A program made the position numbers and the translations under genes. Shown one piece after another: positions 31,158 through 41,704 of a stretch of DNA of 64,000 nt. Origin of the DNA: Candidatus Poribacteria bacterium (lineage in GTDB: Bacteria; Poribacteria; WGA-4E; PCPOR2b); NCBI GenBank assembly GCA_965208675.1, contig OZ242351.1:224001-288000 (forward strand). Direction: 5' to 3'. The notes beneath the pieces were generated by a model. It ran no database searches. It was not told the DNA's origin and worked only from the letters and a program-made list of their open reading frames with translations. Each line of letters opens with the position of its first letter. The stretch's first letter is position 1.

Positions 31158-31228
31158 CGGTAGGTGCGGTTTCCGACTGCACCGACGGACTGGGTACATA
31201 GTGTTCGGTTGGGAAACTGCACCAACCG
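31158..31228. repeat. REP-like inverted pair GTAGGTGCGGTTTCC…GGAAACTGCACC
   Basis: Inverted repeat between convergent genes. Confidence 0.6.
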
Positions 31229-31301
31229 CAGCGCGCAAAAAATTGTGGGATTTACTAGAGGGAATATTTGAATTGGCGGGGAGAACGTTGGCGGGTGTCG
31301 T

Positions 31302-31589
31302 TTACTTTCGGAATCGAATCTCGCCGTGAACTTCGACGGAGTCCACGATTGCCATGATGACCGCGTCAACCGGTTTGTCTTGGGTGGTGTTTGTCTGACG
31401 CGCAGAGCTGCCGGCAGCGGTAAGAACCGTTTCGCCGATGCCAGCGCCAACCGCATCAACAGCTACAGTATACCGGCTGAGTAAATTGCCGTCAAGATTC
31501 GACTCTTGGACAATCAATAACTTGCTGCCGACTAATTTCTCATCTTTTCGCGTCGCAACCACCGTACCCACGACTTTGCCGAGCGTCAT
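31302..31589 (-). CDS. eutN: bacterial microcompartment vertex protein EutN/CcmL (BMC-P)
   Basis: GKVVGTVVATRKDEKL.G.KLLIV…VAVDAVGAGIGE.VL…GSSAR…PVDAVIMAIVD. Confidence 0.95.
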   Translation of the reverse strand: MTLGKVVGTVVATRKDEKLVGSKLLIVQESNLDGNLLSRYTVAVDAVGAGIGETVLTAAGSSARQTNTTQDKPVDAVIMAIVDSVEVHGEIRFRK

Positions 31590-31836
31590 CCGAAAGATTC
31601 CTTTACCGCTAGTTGATACCGTCCGCAGATTTTTAAGGCAATTTTACTTGAGTATGTTAAACTCATTTAGCCCAAAAGTCAAGTTTTATTATCGCTTTGC
31701 TATTTGCTATATAACCCAATTTCCGCTGCGCAATTTGCATCCCACTTGCTGCCAAAAGTGGGTTGCGGTTAACGCTTGAAAACATAGGTTTACGTATAAT
31801 TTCGCACCAAAAAACTTTACGTCAATAGGAGTCCTT

Positions 31837-32826
31837 ATGCAAAAAATTTTAGGCGTCATTTGTGGAATGTTAATATTTTTGATTGCACTGACAAGTTGGG
31901 GCGATGTTCACGGTAAATTCAAAGTGGCGTTGCTCACACCGGGATCCATCAGCGACGCCGGGTGGAATGCGCTCGCGTACGACGGCCTCAAATTAATTGA
32001 AACGGAGCTTGGCGCTGAAGTGAGTCATGTCGAAAGCAGAACACCTTCTGAATGGGAGGAACACTTCCGGTTTTACGCCGAAAAGGGTTTCAATCTCGTC
32101 ATCGGGCACGGATTTGAGTATCAGGAAGCCGCGAAGGCGGTTTCCCCCGATTTCCCGAACGCCGTATTTGTCACAACTTCCGGCAGTACGGTTATGAAAA
32201 ATGTCGCATCAATCGTCTTCGAGCTTGAGGAGGCGACCTATCTCTTGGGTATCATTTCCGGGATGATGACGCAAACTGGCAAAATTGGGCTGGTTGGAGG
32301 CATGAATATCCCGCCCATTAAGAGCACCTTTCTTGCGTTCGAGGAAGGAGCGAAATCCGTGAATCCCGACATTAAAATCTCTCGCTCTTATGTGGGCGAT
32401 TGGGAAAATATAAGCAAGGCAAAGGAGTTAGCGCTGTCTCAAATTGCGGAAGGCACCGACTTCATCTTCCATAACGCCGACGCTGCCGGGCAGGGCGTTT
32501 TCCACGCTGTAGAAGAGAGCCGCAAAGCCGGTGTGGACATCTACGCTTACGGCTCGAACCGCAATCAAAACCACATCGCCCCGGACGCGATTCTTGCAAG
32601 CGCTGTCATTGATACGAAGGTTTTTGTGCACGTCGCAAATCTTGTCAAAACCGGCAAATTTGAACCCAAGGTTATGCGCCTCGGAATGGCGGAAGATGAG
32701 ATGGTGAAACTCGTTTACAATCCCAAGCTGAAAGATCGCGTGCCAAAAGCTGTTACTGACAAAGTTGAGGAAACCCGGCAGATGATTCTTGCCGGAACAT
32801 TCAAAGCGCCAAGAGTGAAGTTTTAG
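31837..32826 (+). CDS. BMP family ABC-transporter substrate-binding protein
   Basis: Signal peptide; PGSISDAGWNALAYDGL, IGHGFEY, GKIGLVGG. Confidence 0.9.
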   Translation: MQKILGVICGMLIFLIALTSWGDVHGKFKVALLTPGSISDAGWNALAYDGLKLIETELGAEVSHVESRTPSEWEEHFRFYAEKGFNLVIGHGFEYQEAAKAVSPDFPNAVFVTTSGSTVMKNVASIVFELEEATYLLGIISGMMTQTGKIGLVGGMNIPPIKSTFLAFEEGAKSVNPDIKISRSYVGDWENISKAKELALSQIAEGTDFIFHNADAAGQGVFHAVEESRKAGVDIYAYGSNRNQNHIAPDAILASAVIDTKVFVHVANLVKTGKFEPKVMRLGMAEDEMVKLVYNPKLKDRVPKAVTDKVEETRQMILAGTFKAPRVKF

Positions 32827-32899
32827 TTCATCGCCGCGTCCAAAAATTGGTTTTGCACCCTTCCTTCCGCTCAACTAGTCAATAAAAATCTGTGTGTCA

Positions 32900-33853
32900 T
32901 TAGAATCCAAGCTGTTTGTCCACGATATTCTTCAAGGGTTCGCCATTCAGGTATCGCTTCAGGTTTTCGCAAAAGAACTCCGCTGCGCGGCGTACACGGT
33001 GCTGCGACCTACCCGCTACATGCGGCGTAAGAAGTACACTGTCCATATCCCACAGCGGGCTGTCCTCTGGCAACGGCTCAACTTCAGTTACATCCAACCC
33101 TGCGCCGGCAATCTTCCCCGCCTTGAGCGCCTCAATGAGTGCAGGTTCGTCAACAATCTTGCCGCGGGCGACATTGATAAGATAGGCGGTCGGCTTCATC
33201 AGCGCTAGGTTGTCCGCATTGACAAGGTGATAGGTCTCCTCGGTGAGCGGGCAAGCAATCATCACCACATCTGAGCGGCGCATCAACTCCGGGAGTTGGT
33301 CAATCGGCATCAATTCATCGACAAAATCCGGCTTATCTTGCCGGTATGCATCTACCGCAATGATACGCATGTCAAATCCTATGCCGCGTTTCGCCATATG
33401 TATTCCAAATCCACCCAATCCAATGATACCGAGCGTTAATCCGCCAATCTCAATCAATTGATTTGGCTTACGCCATTCATGTTTGGTGTGGTTGATAGCG
33501 GCGCCCTTTATATCGCGCGTTAGACCGAGCAATAGCGCGTACGCATGCTCAGCCGCGTGCGATCCGTACACGCCCGCCACGCTGGTCAAGACAACCTCAC
33601 TATTTTTTAACGCGGGATACAGTTGAGCGTCCATCCCCGCGCTGTGGCTCTGAATCCATTTGAGTCGTGTCAAATAGGGGAATGTCTCTTCAAGACAGTT
33701 TCCGAAATAAACTTGCGCGTCCTCGCCCGTTTCGATAATCTCTTCTTGTGAACGTGGAAAGACAACAGTATGCTCGCCGCCGGCCGCGTCGCGGATGAGT
33801 TGGTGCAGCCGCTCGTTTAACACGTACACGCTAACATCAACAAGAATCTTCAT
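32900..33853 (-). CDS. D-2-hydroxyacid dehydrogenase
   Basis: GLGGFG, INVARG, GLDV..VEPLP, LTPHVAG. Confidence 0.93.
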   Translation of the reverse strand: MKILVDVSVYVLNERLHQLIRDAAGGEHTVVFPRSQEEIIETGEDAQVYFGNCLEETFPYLTRLKWIQSHSAGMDAQLYPALKNSEVVLTSVAGVYGSHAAEHAYALLLGLTRDIKGAAINHTKHEWRKPNQLIEIGGLTLGIIGLGGFGIHMAKRGIGFDMRIIAVDAYRQDKPDFVDELMPIDQLPELMRRSDVVMIACPLTEETYHLVNADNLALMKPTAYLINVARGKIVDEPALIEALKAGKIAGAGLDVTEVEPLPEDSPLWDMDSVLLTPHVAGRSQHRVRRAAEFFCENLKRYLNGEPLKNIVDKQLGF

Positions 33854-34492
33854 TCAGTTTAGTTCCTTTCAAAAATCAAATACTCCTAAAAACTTGGCAA
33901 TAATATCCTTTGCTGCCGGTGCTAATTTCACGCCCAAATCTGCGATTGAGGGAATTGCGCGGTTGCGTTGCCGACCGCATCTCGTCAAAAACGATTACGA
34001 TATTCCAATAATTGAACTTTATGATAGCCGACCGATTCTATCACAAGCGCACGAATCCGTCAAGTCGTGAAACCGCCCGCATTAGCTGGCAACAAACCTG
34101 ACTTATTTGACGGGATTAATGCATTTTTGCAAAGGTCAAGTTTAGCGCAGACTCTCTCGTTCCTTAGCTCCTTTTCCCCGGCGGCGCAGAAGGCAACTTG
34201 AAACTGAGTTTTTTCTTGAAAACTCAGTTTCTTTAACTGTGTCTAAACCATCGCCGTGACTGATAAAGGATATTCGAATTTCCGCCTGCACCAAAGAGTG
34301 TAATTTCCAAGTGTGATTCTACGGTTTTCATTGCTAATTCACCCGGCATAGAGATATAATAGGAATCCTCGAGCGTTGAAAAATTTAACCGTTCCTCTTT
34401 CTCACCCGCGATGGAAAACGGTAGGAGTCAAGAAACTCCCTCTTAATTTTACAGAATTGGAAATGCTGTACTAACCACGGGAGATGACATAA

Positions 34493-35293
34493 ATGAAACC
34501 CTCAACTAACATTCATGCATTTATCAGCGTTGCTATCCTATATGCCGCAATTCTCTCGGCACCCGGTAATGCCGCTATCGACCCCGAAACCGCAGTGGCG
34601 GTCTGGCTCTTTAACGAGGGCGAGGGAAATGAAGTCAAGGACGAGACAGATAACCCTGCTAACCTGACGGGTGTGTTAAAGGGCAGGGAAATTACGTGGA
34701 TTAAAGGTGTCTACGGTAACGCGGTAAATCTCGGAGTGGATGGCGATGTCGTAGCTGTTTCCGCGGCTTTCGGCGACGAGGCTGCTCCCACGGAAGAGAT
34801 TACAATCGTGGCATGGATTCGTTGGAATCCAAAAACCAACACAGACCTCTTTTTCTTCGTTCCGCCTGAACCCTGGGATAACCGAATTGCAGTGCATTTT
34901 CCATGGGGCGCGGACGGTATTGCATGGCAGTTTGGCAGGCCAATGGCAAACCTAAACGCCCCGATGCCAAAAAACTTTGAGGATGATTGGCATCACGTTG
35001 CGTTTACCGGCTCCGGTAAGAAAATGGCGATTTGGATTGATGGCAAGATTGTCGCCGACAGGGCCGGCGTGACTCCCTTCGTACGCGGAAACAACCGTGC
35101 TTGGCATATCGGCGGTCGAGCCGGCACCACTTTCGAGGGCGGCGTTGACGAGGTGGCGGTTTTTAATGTGGTCTTAACCCAAGCAGATATCAAAGCAATA
35201 AAAGATAGGGGACTCAGTCATGCCGTCGGATTAGCCGTCGATCCATCAGGCAAACTCACGACAGCTTGGGGCAACATTAAATCACGCGATTAA
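34493..35293 (+). CDS. secreted LamG (concanavalin-like) domain protein
   Basis: Signal peptide; WLFNEGEG…WHHVAFT…IWIDG…GGVDEVAVFNVVLT; tail AVDPSGKLTTAWGNIK. Confidence 0.9.
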   Translation: MKPSTNIHAFISVAILYAAILSAPGNAAIDPETAVAVWLFNEGEGNEVKDETDNPANLTGVLKGREITWIKGVYGNAVNLGVDGDVVAVSAAFGDEAAPTEEITIVAWIRWNPKTNTDLFFFVPPEPWDNRIAVHFPWGADGIAWQFGRPMANLNAPMPKNFEDDWHHVAFTGSGKKMAIWIDGKIVADRAGVTPFVRGNNRAWHIGGRAGTTFEGGVDEVAVFNVVLTQADIKAIKDRGLSHAVGLAVDPSGKLTTAWGNIKSRD

Positions 35294-35403
35294 CCGAGCG
35301 AAATTCTTCTATGATGACGGATGCTTTCGTGCGAAAACCAGACAGAATAGACTTACTCCTAAAACTCATGCCTTGTTGGTTCTAGCTGCAGCAACATCAT
35401 AAC

Positions 35404-36171
35404 ATGGACGTATTTGACGCAATCGCACGCCGCAGGAGCTATCGCAAAGAGTTTCGGAAGGAACCCATCGCTCAATCCGATGTGGATAGGCTCATTGAAG
35501 CTGCGCGGTGGGCGCCTTCCCCGTTTAATGTCCAACCGTGGGAGTTGCTCATAATCCGAGAAACGCAGGGCAAAAATGCGATCGCCGACCTTACCGAACG
35601 GTGCATCATTGAGCAGTTCAAGAATGCGAAGTTTCTTGATGACAACAGCCGCTGGATGCGCTTGACGGAGGACGAGTGGCATGAACACGGCGACGGAATT
35701 CTGCTCGCAGATCACGTCGACCTGCCGCCAATCTTACTGGAAGATCCAAAAAAACTCGCGCCGCTCCTCAAGAATGCAAAACACTTGAGCGTCTTGGGGC
35801 ATCTGGGCGCTGGGCGAAAACCTGCGGAAACAATCTCCAACCTCATTCGAAACTCCCCCCTGTTAATGCTGGTATTGATGGATTGTAGAAAACGTCCGCC
35901 GGGGGATGGCGGGCGGCGCTGGATGTCGCTGAGCATGGGAGCCATGATTCAAAACCTACTGTTAGCCGCGGCAGCGCTTGAAATTGGCACACAGTTCATC
36001 AGCGCACCCTTGGAACGTCACGGGGATTGCGAACAGATTCGCCAGATTTTCAACATTCCTGCCGACTACGAAGTCGTCAGCCTATTGCGGCTGGGATATG
36101 CGGAGTCAATGCCTGGAAAGTCTGTACGTTTGGGTGCATCCGCATTTGTTAAACATGAAAAATTCAAGTGA
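35404..36171 (+). CDS. nitroreductase family protein
   Basis: RRSYR…AARWAPSPFNVQPWE; GAMIQNLLLAA. Confidence 0.9.
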   Translation: MDVFDAIARRRSYRKEFRKEPIAQSDVDRLIEAARWAPSPFNVQPWELLIIRETQGKNAIADLTERCIIEQFKNAKFLDDNSRWMRLTEDEWHEHGDGILLADHVDLPPILLEDPKKLAPLLKNAKHLSVLGHLGAGRKPAETISNLIRNSPLLMLVLMDCRKRPPGDGGRRWMSLSMGAMIQNLLLAAAALEIGTQFISAPLERHGDCEQIRQIFNIPADYEVVSLLRLGYAESMPGKSVRLGASAFVKHEKFK

Positions 36172-36186
36172 AAGGTAGAAACAAGC

Positions 36187-36588
36187 TTGAAAGATTCGAT
36201 AAATCACGCGCAATCAACGCAATCCGCAGAAGCGCAGACGTCCGAATCCGCTCAGGGTTTTGAACCGGAAAAACACGAAATCTCGGTTCATGAGCTCAAG
36301 CAGAAACGCGATCGAAATGAGCCGATTGTGTTGCTTGATGTTCGCGAGCACGACGAGTACGACATTGTCCATTTTGAAGACGCGCTTTTAATCCCCGTGA
36401 ACGAGTTGCCCCAGCACACGCATCGGCTTGGTAGAGACAGCGAAATCGTCATCCATTGCCATACAGGGATGCGAAGCATGTACGCGGCTGCCTACTTATA
36501 TCAACTCGGTTATCGGAACGTTAAGAGTTTAACCGGTGGGATTGATCAATGGGCGATTGAGATTGATTCGACACTGAACCGCTACTGA
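36187..36588 (+). CDS. rhodanese-like domain protein
   Basis: LLDVRE…HCHTGMRS…LTGGIDQW. Confidence 0.9.
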   Translation: MKDSINHAQSTQSAEAQTSESAQGFEPEKHEISVHELKQKRDRNEPIVLLDVREHDEYDIVHFEDALLIPVNELPQHTHRLGRDSEIVIHCHTGMRSMYAAAYLYQLGYRNVKSLTGGIDQWAIEIDSTLNRY

Positions 36589-36637
36589 ACTGAATGGCCT
36601 CCGGCATGCATCGCCGCCTTCGTCCAGTGCGCTGAAT

Positions 36638-37867
36638 CTATGCGGCTTGCGCGTCATAACATACCTTTCCGCCGACAACAGTTAGCAGATTAAAAGCCGC
36701 ATCATCAAAAATCTGCGCTATGACAGGTTGACCGCTGTTCGGAAGTTCAACGGCGATAAAGTCTGCCTGCCACCCTTTTTCTAACGCCCCGACTTGATTT
36801 AATCGAAGCCCGCGTGCGCCGTTTATTGTCGCCATATCTAGAAGCGTCTCTGGTGGAAGGCATTCCCACGTTCGGCCCAAAAATCGAAGTTCATCAAGCA
36901 TGCTTAGCGACCAGTTGCTGGCGAGGCTGTCCGTTCCGATAGCCGCGTTCACACCGGCTGCAAGCAGTCGCAAAAGCGGGTGATCGGTATGGTAAAAGTA
37001 GTGGTGGCTGCGTGGGCAAAATACAACGGACGCTCCGCTGTCCGCAAGCGTCTGAATACATTCATCTGTCAGGTAGTTACAATGTGCTAAAAGCGGACGC
37101 GTTTCTAACACGCCAAGTGCCTTCATGTGCTGCACCGGCGTCCGATTCGGCAGCCGCCAGTCTTCCATTGGAATCTGTAAAGCCTTGAGCAAGTCCGCGA
37201 ATGCACCCGTCCCCGTAGCCAAAAACTCAACCTCCGCTTGAGTTTCTGACAAATGTGTGCACAACGGTAAATTGCGAGTTAACGCGAGTTCACAACAGTG
37301 TCGGTAAAGGGAGTCAGCCGTGGAATACGGGGCGTGGGGCGACACACCGTACGTTAGGAGAGCATCCGGCTCTGGCGCGGTTTCGAGATGTGAATTAATC
37401 CGCCGAACTCCAATCTGCGACCGTTCCCGTGAAAATCCCGTCGTCTCGAAAAACACCACTTTGCGGATGGGCGCGTCTTTGAGGGTTTGTACCGATTGTC
37501 CAAATCCATGAATGTCGCCGACGGTAGTTGTTCCTCCCGATAAACTCATTTGCACGCCGCTTTGGATCGCACGGTCAACCCATGCCTTGTCCGACTGCTG
37601 ATTGCGAACAATTTGTAGCAGCCAATCCGTAAGCTGCGGCGTCCGGTCAACAAACGCACCGTGGTTAGTCAACTCAAGATGGGTGTGGCTGTTGACCAAT
37701 CCCGGGAGAATGGTTGCCTCGCCCAAATCTCGTATAGGGCCCGCCCCCGCACGTCGAACTGTTGAATACCGACCAACATCCACAATCTCCGACCCGTGAA
37801 TCGCAACCGCGCCGTTGTCGATAATCTGGCGGCTATTGGGAAGGATAAACTTCGCACGGAAAATCAC
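36638..37867 (-). CDS. amidohydrolase family (metal-dependent deaminase-like)
   Basis: PGLVNSHTHLE, SPHAPYS, THLSE, AHC, GTDS motifs; GTG start at 37867 inferred. Confidence 0.88.
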   Translation of the reverse strand: MIFRAKFILPNSRQIIDNGAVAIHGSEIVDVGRYSTVRRAGAGPIRDLGEATILPGLVNSHTHLELTNHGAFVDRTPQLTDWLLQIVRNQQSDKAWVDRAIQSGVQMSLSGGTTTVGDIHGFGQSVQTLKDAPIRKVVFFETTGFSRERSQIGVRRINSHLETAPEPDALLTYGVSPHAPYSTADSLYRHCCELALTRNLPLCTHLSETQAEVEFLATGTGAFADLLKALQIPMEDWRLPNRTPVQHMKALGVLETRPLLAHCNYLTDECIQTLADSGASVVFCPRSHHYFYHTDHPLLRLLAAGVNAAIGTDSLASNWSLSMLDELRFLGRTWECLPPETLLDMATINGARGLRLNQVGALEKGWQADFIAVELPNSGQPVIAQIFDDAAFNLLTVVGGKVCYDAQAA

Positions 37868-37892
37868 CCGATGTTCTTCACCTTTGTCTCTG

Positions 37893-38819
37893 CTACGGTT
37901 TATATAGCTGCTCAGGTTGCCAGCCGGGGGGATACCCCATCGGCCAGTCTGAATAGCCAAACAACTCACGGAGTCCGTCCGGATTTCCACACAGCCAAAA
38001 AAACATCTCTGCTGTGTCAAACCAGTCTCTGAATTGCTGGCGCGGCGGCTGAAGGAAGGGGCCGTCAACGCTATATTCCGCAGTGGCAGGGTCAAAGTCC
38101 GGTTCAACCACCCAGTCTCGCTCCGGTTTAACCGTCCGCCAATAACAGTATTTCAGCATATTGCGGATCCCGTGAGCCGTGGATTCGGACCGGCGATGCC
38201 AAATTGAATAGACGGTGATAAAAATTGTGCCTGCCGATGCGGCGGTGTTTATCGAAGAACGAATGTTCGAATAATGCCCCATGCACCTCGAAAGCGTAAA
38301 ATAGAAATGAGATGTCGGTACCAGACCCGTCGGTCCGAGTTCTATAGGCGTGTCCTGCGGATAATAGAATACCTGAAGGTGGTTGAGTGCCGGTCCGTGG
38401 CGGGATCCGCCGTCTCTATGCCAGCCCTGCGACGGTGCAGGACATTCGATTCGATGGTTAGCCACCCCTTTTGGAAGCATGAAGTTTTTGCCCAACAGCG
38501 ACCGCACTGCCCCTGCAGCCTGCGGGTTGAGAAGAATATGTTCAATGAACCAATCTTCGTTAAGCAGTTCGATAGGTTGTCCCGTCGGATTTGCAGTCAA
38601 ATAATCGTACGTCCTTCGGTTTATCTCGTCCGGAACGGCGCCCTCAAGCATCAGATACCCCATTTTGCAGAATTCTACGACCTGATTGTCGGTCAGCGAA
38701 GGGGTAATCTCGCTCAAAACCACACCATCTTTCACTTGAAGATCGGGTTTGGAAAGTTCTACGGTATGCGTGTCAGTTCTCACTGGGCTAATTGCCCCTT
38801 TAATCGGCGGTCTTGCCAT
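37893..38819 (-). CDS. phytanoyl-CoA dioxygenase family protein
   Basis: QGWHRDG, FYYPQDTP..GPT..VPTSH, AGTIFITVYSIWHR. Confidence 0.85.
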   Translation of the reverse strand: MARPPIKGAISPVRTDTHTVELSKPDLQVKDGVVLSEITPSLTDNQVVEFCKMGYLMLEGAVPDEINRRTYDYLTANPTGQPIELLNEDWFIEHILLNPQAAGAVRSLLGKNFMLPKGVANHRIECPAPSQGWHRDGGSRHGPALNHLQVFYYPQDTPIELGPTGLVPTSHFYFTLSRCMGHYSNIRSSINTAASAGTIFITVYSIWHRRSESTAHGIRNMLKYCYWRTVKPERDWVVEPDFDPATAEYSVDGPFLQPPRQQFRDWFDTAEMFFWLCGNPDGLRELFGYSDWPMGYPPGWQPEQLYKP

Positions 38820-39126
38820 CTCTCCATAGTCCCTTCAGTTTCTGTGTGTTACCAAATTATTGTCGTGTCTCATTATCAGCGATTTCGTTAGAACCTGCAT
38901 AATAATCCATTCATTTGAGCATCATTACTCTTTTGCCAAAGCCCCGGAGGGGATCTTCGATCATCAATTCGAAGATAGTTTTTTCAGTAAAATTGCAGCG
39001 TCAATTTACGATACATCGAATGCCCCAGCCGGGCGGCGGACTACTGTTGCAGGAATACACACACCGCTGAAGCCTCTCCAGAGGTTGAATTTAACAAAAT
39101 GAAATGAATGAACTGAATCCATGACG

Positions 39127-39567
39127 TCATCCTTCCCGATTCGGACGCTTCTGCGATTGTGAAGGCGTATGCTGATGGGCAGAAGACACACCTTCCGGAC
39201 GTGGGTCGGGCGCTTCGGCTGGATTTAAAATGTAGTCGAAACTCAGCCACAAACTGCGAGAATACCGGAAGAAGAAGATGGGAAAAGGTACACAGAAGAC
39301 AATCCAAAGAATAACGTTTAGATAATATGCGATAGGTGTCAAATACTCCAACGCAAAAAAACCGGCAAATGCCATGATATTCGTCGCGCCGTAGTTGATA
39401 TACATCGCACCGACAAAATATCCCATCTCGCGCTCAAACTTGAAATGGCAGCAACTACACTCCGAGCACATTTTGAACATACCCGAAAACAAATCGCCTT
39501 CACCACAAGATGGACATTTAAGGCGCAGCCCCGCGCTCAAAATTCCGTGCACGCTGTGTTTCCGCAT
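39127..39567 (-). CDS. DUF983 domain membrane protein
   Basis: KCPSCGEGDLF…CSCC…ERE.GYFVGAMY plus two TM helices. Confidence 0.85.
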   Translation of the reverse strand: MRKHSVHGILSAGLRLKCPSCGEGDLFSGMFKMCSECSCCHFKFEREMGYFVGAMYINYGATNIMAFAGFFALEYLTPIAYYLNVILWIVFCVPFPIFFFRYSRSLWLSFDYILNPAEAPDPRPEGVSSAHQHTPSQSQKRPNREG

Positions 39568-39881
39568 GTATTGTTCCGCCTCCTTGAACTCGCGCCTTCA
39601 ATACGTTATAATTTGCGTTGCGGCTGTATCCTTATTCTAGCACAGCTCGTCAGGGATGTCAATTCAGTCTTGATACCGGGCGGCAATGATTTTTCCTGAC
39701 TGGTCTCAATGAATTCCACGCGGACTCTACCCCGAATAAAAACCTTAGGCGCCCAGGCACTTCCCCGCAAATCTGTTCGGTATTTACGCGGTTAATGCGG
39801 TCCCATGATGTACGTATTCCAATACGAACGCAAACCTAGTTTACGGCATATTCCAAACATATTTGAGAACTCATTGACTGT

Positions 39882-41039
39882 ATGAATTACCTTCAATCGA
39901 TTGCATTGCGGATTAACGCGTACGTCAATAACGTCATCACTGGAAGGCAAAAGGGTCCTGTGCCCGTCCTTATCCAATTCGTGCTAATGCCGATGAGTTG
40001 GCTTTACAGTGTTGTCGTCAGGGTTCGGAACAGACTCTATAGTTCAGGGATGCTCAAAATAAAGCGGTTGCCCTGTCCCGTTATCAGCGTGGGGAACATC
40101 GTTGCCGGCGGCACCGGTAAAACGCCAACCGTAATCTGGATTGCTAAGCATCTACAAGCCAAGGGATGCCCTGTAGCGGTGTTGCTGCGGGGATATGGGC
40201 GGCAATACCGAACGGCAACGACAGTTGTCTCGGATGGGGACCAAATGCTCGGTGGCGTTGAGGAATGCGGCGATGAGGCGATGATGATTGCCCGAGCCGT
40301 GCCCGGATGCATCGTCATCGTTGGCAAAAATCGATACGATGCAGGGTGCGCTGCCATCCGGATGATGGGCGTCTCGACGGGGGTACTAATCTTGGACGAC
40401 GGCTTTCAACATCGCCGCCTGCATCGCGGCCTCGACATCGTCACGGTAGACAGCACACAACCGGTTGGTACCGGTAATTTGCTGCCGGCGGGCACATTGA
40501 GAGAGACCAACGCCGCGTTGAAACGCGCTGACATCGTTTTGCTCACGCGAACCGATCAGCAGTTAGCTCCAACTAGTCAATCTACTAGACCCGCTGATCA
40601 GAAGAGCGCCGCGTTGGAAGGCATCGTTGATCCGGACAATATTTACGAAAGCCGCCATTGTCCTACGGCGCTCTACGAATTGAAATCGAGGCAACCCGCC
40701 CCGCTGGATCGGCTGAACGGGAAGCGAATACTCGCCGTGTGCGGCATCGGTGCGCCCGACGCCTTCGCCGAAACCCTTCGCCAACATGGCGCCGTGCAGG
40801 TTACTCTCATCGCATTCCCCGACCACCATCGGTACCGCTCGGACGACTATAGGCATATTAGCGCCCAATTCGGCGAGATCGGCGCTGATATGATAGTGAC
40901 GACTGAAAAGGACGCCCAACGAATGGCCGGTTTCGAAGGGTTGGGGTGCTTTGTGTTAGCAGTTACACTGGAGATTTCCAAGAATCAGAACGAGTTCAGC
41001 CGCCGGCTGATGCGCGCTATTCACCCGACGCATTCTTAA
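39882..41039 (+). CDS. lpxK: tetraacyldisaccharide 4'-kinase
   Basis: VISVGNIVAGGTGKTP, RGYG, LDDGFQH, LPAG.LRE, FPDHH, TTEKD. Confidence 0.96.
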   Translation: MNYLQSIALRINAYVNNVITGRQKGPVPVLIQFVLMPMSWLYSVVVRVRNRLYSSGMLKIKRLPCPVISVGNIVAGGTGKTPTVIWIAKHLQAKGCPVAVLLRGYGRQYRTATTVVSDGDQMLGGVEECGDEAMMIARAVPGCIVIVGKNRYDAGCAAIRMMGVSTGVLILDDGFQHRRLHRGLDIVTVDSTQPVGTGNLLPAGTLRETNAALKRADIVLLTRTDQQLAPTSQSTRPADQKSAALEGIVDPDNIYESRHCPTALYELKSRQPAPLDRLNGKRILAVCGIGAPDAFAETLRQHGAVQVTLIAFPDHHRYRSDDYRHISAQFGEIGADMIVTTEKDAQRMAGFEGLGCFVLAVTLEISKNQNEFSRRLMRAIHPTHS

Positions 41040-41142
41040 CACACCTCGCACGTCTCATGTTTAAATTCGACATTTGACACAAATTGTGGTAAACTACGGC
41101 ACAGGCGTCAACGGCGAAACGCCCAAAAAGGAGAGGTACGGC

Positions 41143-41460
41143 ATGTACGTTATCATCGCACCAATTCAGATTAAGGATGGACACAGAGATGCCTTCATAG
41201 AAGCCATGCTGGACGATGCTAAAGGCTCAATGAAAAATGAGCCCGGCTGTCTGAGATTTGATGTGATTCAAGACAGCGGCGACCCGAATCGCATATGGCT
41301 CTACGAGGTTTACGTAGATGAGGCAGCGTTTGAAGCCCATCGTCAAGCCCCCCACTTCATTAAGTGGCGTAATACCGTCGAGGACTGGCGCGATGAAGGC
41401 CCCAAGGGCGCCGGTTTGGGTAGTTACAACATTTGGCCCTCGGACAGCGACTGGAAATAG
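41143..41460 (+). CDS. putative quinol monooxygenase (ABM/LsrG family)
   Basis: NEPGCLRFDV…LYEVYVDEAAFEAHRQAPHF; GGAG RBS. Confidence 0.9.
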   Translation: MYVIIAPIQIKDGHRDAFIEAMLDDAKGSMKNEPGCLRFDVIQDSGDPNRIWLYEVYVDEAAFEAHRQAPHFIKWRNTVEDWRDEGPKGAGLGSYNIWPSDSDWK

Positions 41461-41704
41461 AACTTGTTAGTAACATCACAATCCAACGCAGCACCACACG
41501 GTAGGAGCGATCTCCGAATCGTGACACCCTCCGGTCAATTAATTGTTCCAACCGCCCCTAACCCATCCTTTGTAAGGAGGGGAATAGCAACTAAAATCCT
41601 CCCCATTGCCAAGGGGAATCAATTCAGTGAATAGGAAGGGATCAACCGACCGAAAAGGGAGGGCGATAGTTTTCTTATAGCCTTAACTTCTCCGCTCCCT
41701 ATCG

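Noticed and set aside
36638-38107. 489-aa extended amidohydrolase, and similar N-terminal extensions of acnA, the 5039 ORF and the Omp85 ORF
   Set aside because: The extensions overlap neighbouring genes or repeats; family homology and RBS positions favour the shorter starts.
38274-38891. 205-aa plus-strand ORF and other antisense ORFs
   Set aside because: Shadow frames opposite well-supported genes, with no recognisable motifs.
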